The translations under genes and the position numbers were made by a program. A stretch of 64,000 nt of DNA from Octopus vulgaris (taxonomy: Eukaryota): the NCBI GenBank assembly GCA_951406725.2, contig OX597817.1, positions 34,596,001 to 34,660,000 on the forward strand, written 5' to 3'. The notes below the pieces were generated by a model, which saw only the letters and a list, made by a program, of their open reading frames with translations, was not told the origin of the DNA and searched no databases. Shown piece by piece: positions 54,747 through 64,000 of this stretch (position 1 is its first letter; each line of letters starts with the position of its first letter).

Positions 54747-56376
54747 GTGTGTGTGTGTGCGTGCGCACTTGTATATGTGATCAGAGATGTGTGTGCCAAT
54801 GAGTGAATGACATTTGTCAAATCTGCTATTGCTTTATGTACAAACATGTGAATCCGTGTACCTTTTCAGTTTGTATGGCTAAACACATTCGTGTGTGCGT
54901 GTGTGCATGTGTGCGTGTGCGCATGTGTGCGTGTGTGCATGTGTGCGTGTGTGCGTGTGTGCATGTGTGCGCGCGTGTGCGTATGTGTGTATGTGTTTGA
55001 GTGTGTTTAGGAAAGTTGCACATCTATGTATTGTGTCTTTGTATGCATAGCTTTTGCATGAATACGTGTTAGCATATTGAGAAATTAGGGACAGTCGTTG
55101 GTGACCAAAATCGTTGCAGATCAACATTTACCAAACATATTTTTCCGCCAATGCATTTACCAAAGAAGGTATTAATCAATTCTTCTTCTGATAGCCCTCG
55201 AAAACTACTTCAGTTTCAATTTATTGTCTTCTGGGTTAACCATTTTTCATTCTTTGATACGGTGAAGTCATTTGTATTCTTTAACGACAGGACAAGACAG
55301 GACATCTTTGAGATACCATACGGTAGATGTAATTTGGGCTGTGAAGAATACTCTTAAACCAGTTTCCATCTTTGATTCAAATTAATTATCATGTCAAGAG
55401 TAATATGAAGGGTATTTTTAGAAAATATTTTTATGGTTTTGTGTGGGCGAAGAAGCTGTCTCCATGATGTCAGCAGGCCATCTGAGAGCGGTGAGGTCGA
55501 TGCGAAAAATGTTCTTTTTCAACAGCTGCACGTTAACGTTCGTAGATAAAAAAGAATAAAAAGTCATGAGCAGAAGAGGTAATTTTCTGAGGAAGGAGTG
55601 GATCAAGTGCTTGGTCTGAAGCCTGAGGAGTAGGATGGACAGAATATGAAGAAGCCGGAGAGAATCCAGCATACAATATTTAGCATACCTCTCCCTCTTT
55701 ATGTTTTGAGTTTAAAGTTGTCAGATATGCCTTTGTTTTATATCACTACGGGATGGAATCAAATGAATACAAGTAATATATAACCAGAGTTAATTCAATT
55801 CAGTAATCTTACAACATATGACTAAAAGAAATCGTTTATGATGTTATCAGAAATTAAGATCTCTTCTTACTGAAAGTATAGATGTATTTCTAGGCTTTAG
55901 TTATGTTGATTTTTTTCTATATTTCGTATAAATACAAGTGCTGTGATTAATGAGATAATGCTTTTATTTTTTTGCTAATGGTGTTCAAGTTAACTTCCTT
56001 ATAATGGTCAGCACATTAAAATACAATACATAAGGTGTATCCAGTTATCTACAGCTGAATGGTTTCCAGAAGCTAACAGGATTAGCTAGCATGCATTTAT
56101 CATTTTACGTGACGCAGATATTCAAAGCTCGACGTGTAATTCATACATTAAGCGGGTTAGTGACAAATCTTCCTCAATTCTGAACAAATGCTGGCCTCGT
56201 ATAGATATTTCTCTCACAAGAACTAGAACTTCATTGACATATATGACGTTACATTCGAACATGTTTTGGGGTTGTCCCATTTGTGACATATTTCTATAGT
56301 GCTGTGTCTCCTCCAAAAACACAGACTTTCTCTACGTCTCAATGTTTCATTCTCTCTCTCTCTCTCCTCTATTTAT

Positions 56377-56625
<249 letters not shown>

Positions 56626-56651
56626 TTTTTATATGTATATGTGTGTGTGTA

Positions 56652-57904
56652 CAGGGCTTAGACAAAATAATGGAAACACCTAGTCTTATAGCATCATAAA
56701 TTTGAAATATCTGTAATACCGTCAAAAGCTTGTTTATTTTTGTCTTTTGATTTATTATTAGTGTTGCTTAATATGCTTTGCTAAAATTGCTGTTTCTTTT
56801 CAGATATCATCAGTAAAAGGTAATTAAAATTCATTAAAATGACAGATCTATCGGACTTTCAAAGAGGTCAAATTGTTGGTGCTCGTATGGCAGGCGTTAG
56901 CGCAACGAAAACAGCCGAAATGTTTGGTGTATCAAGAAGTACTGTCTCGAAAGTAATGACAGCCTTTGAGAAAGAGGGAAAAGCCTCCTCGTCGAAACAA
57001 AAATCCGGAAGAAATCCAAAGCTTTCAGATAGGGACCGTCGGACTCTTACATGAATTGGTAGAAAGGATCACAAAAGTACAGCTCCCAAGGTTAATGCAG
57101 AGCTTAATGACCACCCCACGAACCCAGTTTCCGCAAAAACGGTTCGTTGGGAGCTGCACAAAGCCAGATTTCACGGGAGGGTTGCAATCAGAAAACCACT
57201 ACTTTCGAAAACAAACGTTGCAAAGCGTTTAGAGTGGAGTAAAAACCTACAGAATTGGTCCCTAGAGCAGTGGAAGAATGTTATTTTCTCGGACGAGTCA
57301 TCCTTTACCCTACTTCCGACCACAGGCCGAGTATACGTTTGGAGACAGCCAAAAGAAGCATTTGACCCAAGCTGCCTTCTTCCAAATGTTAAACATGAAG
57401 GAGGTTCTGTGATGATCGGGGTGGGGGAGGCTATATCTCGATAATCCGCCAACCCAATGGTTTTCCTTCGTGGCAGAATTAATAGACAAGATTATTTAAG
57501 CATTTTACCAGATCAAATTCATCCTATGATTGTGGAACTGTTTCCGCATTCTTTCAGGATGATAATGCACTAATTCACACAGCTAAATAGCACGCGGAAC
57601 ATTCTAGTGAAGTTAAACATCTTACCTGGCCACCACAATCCCCAGATCTCATTATTATTGAACATTTATGGTGCATTTTAGAAAAACGAGTAAGGAGTCC
57701 ATATCCTCCACCATCATCACTACAAGAACTGGAGACTGTTTTAGCTGAAGAATGGACAAATATTCCTTTGGAAACACTTCAAACTTTGTACGAGTCCATA
57801 CCTCATAGAATTCAAGCTGTAATTACTGCCAAATGCGGTCCTACCCCATATTAAAATAAATTTGTTTGAAATTTTAAGGTGTTTCCATTATATTGTCCAA
57901 CCAG

Positions 57905-57906
<2 letters not shown>
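56652..57906 (+). mobile_element. Tc1-family (DD34E) transposon, inactive
   Basis: Imperfect ~30 bp TIRs cagggcttagacaaaataatggaaacacct and aggtgtttccattatattgtccaacc; 5' TA. Confidence 0.9.
56839..57854 (+). pseudogene. Tc1 transposase pseudogene
   Basis: MTDLSDFQRGQIVG HTH, WKNVIFSDES, FQDDNA, WPPQSPDLIIIEHLW and GPTPY*; premature TGA at 57052 and frameshifts. Confidence 0.93.
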
Positions 57907-57971
<65 letters not shown>

Positions 57972-57989
57972 TAATAATAATAATAATGG

Positions 57990-58329
57990 TGGTGACCCCC
58001 TTCGGTCAGACACAGACCATGGGTTTGCACCTAGAGAGTTACCCTCTGAGGCACAAGTCTGGGCAAGGTTGTTTTATGGAAGACCAGCAGTCGCCCATGC
58101 ATACCGGCCTCCCCTCTCCACGTCACTGATGTTATCCAAGGGAAAGGCAAAGGCCAATACAGCTTGGCACCTGTGACGTCGCAACTCATTTCTACAGCTG
58201 AGTGAACTGGAGCAACGTGAAATAAAGTGTCTTGCTCAAGAACACAACACGCAGCCCTGTCCGGGATTTGAGCTCACAACCTCACGATCGTAAGCTCGAC
58301 GCTCTAACCACTGAGCCACGCGCCTTCAC
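57990..58329 (-). mobile_element. SINE family D
   Basis: Head gaaggcgcgtggctcagtggttagagcg; core gtgttgtgttcttgagcaagacactttatttcacgttgctccag. Confidence 0.8.
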
Positions 58330-58330
58330 G

Positions 58331-58393
<63 letters not shown>

Positions 58394-58396
<3 letters not shown>

Positions 58397-58516
58397 GCAG
58401 AACACTTTCCATACAATAACCATCAGAGCATCACAACAAATCACAGCACATACCCAAGGCACACAGAGCTGTGCTCGGTAGTGAAGTGAAAGCACGCTAT
58501 AAAAATAAAACTACTG
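58394..58516 (+). mobile_element. R4/Dong-type 3' end in (TAA)n
   Basis: Begins RRTLSIQ*, a typical ORF end, followed by a short UTR; (AAT)n on both sides. Confidence 0.55.
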
Positions 58517-58522
58517 AATAAC

Positions 58523-58570
<48 letters not shown>

Positions 58571-59638
58571 TAAAGTCGCAATAATCAGCGTTGAAGAAAT
58601 TATAGCAGTCATATGTTCGAAGGCGTACGTGATGATTCAAAGAGGAATTCCATAAAAAGCGCGTAAAAAGGAAAATATCAGAAAGAAGCTGAAATAAAAT
58701 TAATTCCTAAAAAAGGGGAGATTTTTAAAGGTTATTTGTAGAAATCCCACAAAACTACATTCAGAGCCCCTCCCTCCCCCCAGCTGTTCTCTAATCTTTC
58801 GATGTCCTACACTTTTCAACTGGAAATTGTTTGGAAATTAACTTCAATATACCTGTAGATTTTCTACATTCGCCCCTCAGCAGATACCCACAAATTATTT
58901 GTATAAGTGCAAATTTTGTCAACAAGACGTTACCTAGAGATTGTTTACACAACTATATAAAACCTATCTATTTACAGCACTTTTGTATTTCCTTTTCCTT
59001 CTTTTCACTTTTCCCATATCATCAGCACTGGATTAACCATTAAACAAAATAAGCACATACTCAGGGCAATAAGGGAAGTACCACGGAAATGGTAAATGGT
59101 TTACGGGACAGAAAAAAAATCTCTTTAAACTTGCTAAAATATTCGAAGTGATTTTGTTATGTCGCACGTTCGGATACCTCTACTCAACTCTGCTCTCTCT
59201 ACTACTCAACTGTTCTCTCTCCTCTCTAGTCCGACGTCTAAACTTCTCCTTCTATATCTACGTATTGGGCTATTCTACTTCATCGACTAGGGGCGTCCAC
59301 ACAACAGGTTTTTATAAGCGGAAATATAATTTCGAGGTGATCATAGTGCCATATGATCTAAATCATATGATCTAAATCAAAGACTTCGCAATTAAAAACA
59401 GCAAGAGAAAACTTTCCAAAGGTAAATAAAGTGGAAGTGTACAAAAATAAACATTATTTTCCCATCGTACTGTTATCTTTGTTTCATTTTGAAAAATTAA
59501 AATTTATTTTATGGCTTGCAGTCATTAGGTCCCTGGTCCAATCCTATTACTACCATTGCCTCAAGACGACCCAAAACTTGTGAGAGTAAAAAAGCAGAAA
59601 GAATACGTGCGAGCTGGCAGTAAAAGAGCAGAAAGAAC

Positions 59639-60041
59639 AAGGCGGCGAGCTGGCAGAAAAGTTGGCACGCCGGGCAAAGTGCTTAGCGGTATTTCGTCTG
59701 CCCCTACGTTCAGAGTTCAAATTCCGCCGAGGTCGACTTTGTCTTTCATCCTTTCGAGGTCGATTAAATAAGTACCAGTTAAGCACTGGGGTCGATTTAA
59801 TCGACTTAATCACTTTGCATGTCCTTGTTTGTCCTCCCCTTCTGGGTAGTAAAGAAATAGGAATTTCGTCTGCCGCTACGTTCTGAGTTCAAATTCCGCC
59901 GAGGTCTACTTTGCCTTCCATCCTTTCGGTGTCAATAAAATAAGTGCCAGTTACGCACTGAGGTCGATGTAATCGACTTAATCCGTTTGTCTGTCCTTGT
60001 TTGTCCGCTCTATGTTTAGCCCCTTGTGGGCAATAAAGAAA
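59639..60041 (+). mobile_element. SINE family A dimer
   Basis: Same junction aaagaaatag|g.atttcgtctg as the other arrays. Confidence 0.88.
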
Positions 60042-60244
60042 AAAGAAAGAATACGTGCGTGAACTTCTCGAACAAACTCTTTTTTAATTTAGCTTTTTCA
60101 CAACACTGTGAAACTCTGATTACACCTGAGAAATACGTTTAGGGCACACTTTTCCGTGGTACACTTCGCCGATTATACGCTTATTCGGTGAACACGAAAC
60201 CGAATTCAGCGAAGACTCGAAATGTTCATCGTCGAAACCGACAA

Positions 60245-60301
<57 letters not shown>

Positions 60302-60351
60302 TGTGTGTGTATATGTGTGTGTGTGTGCGTGTGTATGTGTATGTATCAACC

Positions 60352-60400
<49 letters not shown>

Positions 60401-60521
60401 GCATACATTTGAGATAAATATAATGAAAGTCGGATGTGAAGAGGGGAAGGGAAAAAGAAATACAATTATTTGAATTTAACAAGCATATGCATACATACAT
60501 CTATACATCTATATATACATA

Positions 60522-60568
<47 letters not shown>

Positions 60569-60569
60569 G

Positions 60570-60676
60570 GTATGTAGAAAAATACAACATGGACAAGAAC
60601 GTATAACTCAAGAAGACGATACAATAAACACGGACAGGACATTCGAAACCCTCAGTCTTCAGTCAAGAACCGATCA
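60570..60676. mobile_element. Family F fragment
   Basis: Homology to 28255-28352. Confidence 0.6.
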
Positions 60677-60896
60677 TATATATATATAATGTAGGATAAA
60701 ATTTTTTCGAAAAAAAGTTTTATCAATGGTCAGCATATTAAAAAATACCTTTAAATGTTAAATTATAAACAACTTATAAATAAGGGCAAACGAAAACATT
60801 TCTAATGCCAAATATGCCGAAAATTGGACATATTGTCCATTTACCATATAATGTTTTTCCCAGTACGCACGCTACTCGAAAAAAGGACGACAGAAA

Positions 60897-60934
<38 letters not shown>

Positions 60935-60935
<1 letters not shown>

Positions 60936-61204
60936 CGTGATCCCCGTTACAGACCAGGCTATCAGTTGTTGCTACATATCGCTGGTCACAATGACGCCAC
61001 CCCGCTGGCTAAGCGAGCAGGCCAACAGAAGAAAGAGTGAGAGTAAGTTGTGGCGAAAGAGTACTGCAGGGATCGCAACCACCCTCTGCCGGAGCCTCAT
61101 GGAGCCTTTAGCTGTTATTGCTCAATAAACACTCACAACGCCCGGTCTGGGAATCGAAACCGCGAACCTACAACCTCGAGTCCATTGCCCTAACCACTGG
61201 GCCA
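60935..61204 (-). mobile_element. SINE family C, tail variant 3
   Basis: C head and body with a different 3' part after ttactctcactct. Confidence 0.75.
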
Positions 61205-61217
61205 CACACACACACAC

Positions 61218-61315
<98 letters not shown>

Positions 61316-61379
61316 ATATATATATATATGTGTGTGTGTGTGTATATATATACATATATATATGTATGTATGTATATAT

Positions 61380-61908
<529 letters not shown>

Positions 61909-61972
61909 CAAACGAGTATATATGTATGTATGTATGTATGTGTGTGTGTATGTGTGTATGTGTGTATGTATG

Positions 61973-62115
<143 letters not shown>

Positions 62116-62785
62116 ATATCCGTGCACTGTCATGTGTGCGGTCATGTGTGTGTATGTGTTTTCGAATAGATAATTTACACCAATTTTGTTTAAAGAACAC
62201 GTCTTTGATGTCTTCTTTCGATAATGTTTCAATGTATTTAATATTTGGCCGGAAATAGTTATTAAGTTAATAACTCAATCCACGTCGTCAATTATATTTT
62301 GAAGATCACTATTTTATGAATGCGTGCATGCATGAAAATTGTGTTTATCTACGAATGAGTTTATATGTAATATGCGTGTTTATCTCTTTTACGCTTCTAC
62401 TGATTTTAGTCATTGGACTTCGGTCATGCTGAGACACAACCTTCCTATATTAATGTATTAACATCTTGTATTGTAAAATATTATTTCTTTCGGTGTGGTT
62501 GTTAGAACACAGACGGGCATACATATATCTGTGTGTGTGTTTGATAAATCTACATATATGTGTGTGTATGTGTGTGTGTATGCATGCACAAATGCGCGCG
62601 CGATGTGCGTGTATGTCTGTGTGTCTGTGTGCGTGTCATTATTCAGTTTTATTTCAAGGTTTCTTACCAATAGAGAAAGAGCCGGTTTCTAACCTAGATC
62701 CAAGGCTCCTTCATTGGAATTTCAACATCAACAACAGGGTATTTTTGTTTGTTTTCATGTATGTGTGTATATATTTATATATGTA

Positions 62786-63178
62786 CTAGCAGTATCGCCC
62801 GTCGTTGCTCGGGTTTGTAAGGGAAATAATTATATAAGCATTTTAGAGAGTTATAGCCAAAAAATAGCAAAAAAAATGCATTAAAAATGGAAAAGAAATT
62901 ATGGTAAATTTTTTTTTAAATCGTTGACACATCGTAGACATTTTTAGAGAGTTACTTCCCTTATATAATAGCAAAAAAATGCATTAAAATGGAAAAAAAT
63001 GATGGTAAATTTTTTTTAATCGTAGACTCATCGTAGACGCGCGCTAATACCCAGAAGGGCTTGATATGAATCACAACTATAAGATACCCGGTTTTGGTTA
63101 AACTGCACCGCAAAATGTGGGAGTAGTTAGGAATCTAAATCGTAGGAGACAGACACACAACCTCTCTTTTATATATAT
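62786..63178 (-). mobile_element. Non-autonomous Helitron, copy 2, with a ~100 bp internal tandem duplication
   Basis: Reverse homolog of 24262-24560; CTAG|T end at 62786. Confidence 0.85.
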
Positions 63179-63494
63179 GTATATGTGCTGTGTATGTATG
63201 TATATGTGTAACCCTGTTGAGCTGTTGTTTTCGTTCTGTTCATCGGTTGTGGTGTTGGTGGTGTTATGTCCAGCCATGTTGTTTGTAGTAACTCTACGCA
63301 TGCTAAATTGAAGTTTCAGTCGAAAATCATTACGATCGTGAATAAAAGGCCCCCTCAATTAATTTATCAGAAGATTAACCAGTTATTTAACAAGGCTGAT
63401 GGTTAAGGTTCCAAAGTTAGAGATAGTATTCACCATATTCTCGATAAATAGTTTCCCACGCCAAATACGCGACTTGACGCTTCGAGTTCATATG

Positions 63495-63590
63495 CATACA
63501 TGCATGTATGTACGTATGTATGTATGTATGTATGTATGTATGTATGTATGTATGTATGTATGTATGTATGTATGTATGCAAGTATGTATG

Positions 63591-63621
<31 letters not shown>

Positions 63622-63741
63622 GTATGTATGTATGTATGTATGTATGTATGTATGTATGTATGTATGTATGTATGTATGTATGTATGCAAGTATGTATGTA
63701 TGCATGTATGTATGTATGCATGTATGTATGTATGTATGTAT
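63495..63741. repeat. (TATG)n microsatellite
   Basis: Simple repeat read directly. Confidence 0.95.
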
Positions 63742-64000
63742 TGAAAAAAGTACTCACTGTGCCATATAAGAGCAAAATAGAGCAAGTTCATATACACAAA
63801 ACGGAGAAGAATGTCAGTCTAGCCAACAACTAGAGAGAATCTGTAATTCAAGGCAAAGCCTTTGAGGTGGAGACGAGGGGATTTATGAGATTTGGGGACA
63901 AATTTGACTCTGGTTTCATGAAATGACTCTGAATTTCTGGGGAAAACGGAACCATAGTACTAAAGACAATGTCAGAAACAAACGAAAAAAGTTCCAAGGG

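Noticed and set aside
55150-55680. Possible LINE endonuclease remnant or exon
   Set aside because: No diagnostic motif could be read with confidence.
59021-59550. Possible MITE starting cagcactggattaacc
   Set aside because: A matching right TIR and TSD could not be established.

Overview
AT-rich, repeat-saturated eukaryotic non-coding DNA. By inference from the SINE types and the extreme microsatellite density it is an octopus/coleoid cephalopod intron or intergenic region. No intact host protein-coding gene can be supported, and nearly all listed ORFs are microsatellite or SINE artefacts. Supported content: one full-length decayed mariner (DD34D) and one decayed Tc1 (DD34E); at least four tRNA-headed SINE families (labelled A-D here) in about 30 copies; non-autonomous Helitron and Helentron-like elements; a hAT-Charlie-like MITE; 3' fragments of RTE and R4/Dong-type LINEs; an old LINE RT remnant; a ~78 bp minisatellite; and many microsatellites. 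The most notable signal is a set of sequence-diverse type I hammerhead ribozyme motifs. The best are at 10782-10847, 38189-38266, 9935-10068 and 35484-35532. They sit in short units, mostly (TA)n-flanked and sometimes fold-back, that look like Penelope-like-element derivatives. A second signal is that SINE A forms 184 bp multimers with the same junction at four loci. All structures were paired by eye and coordinates of decayed copies are approximate.
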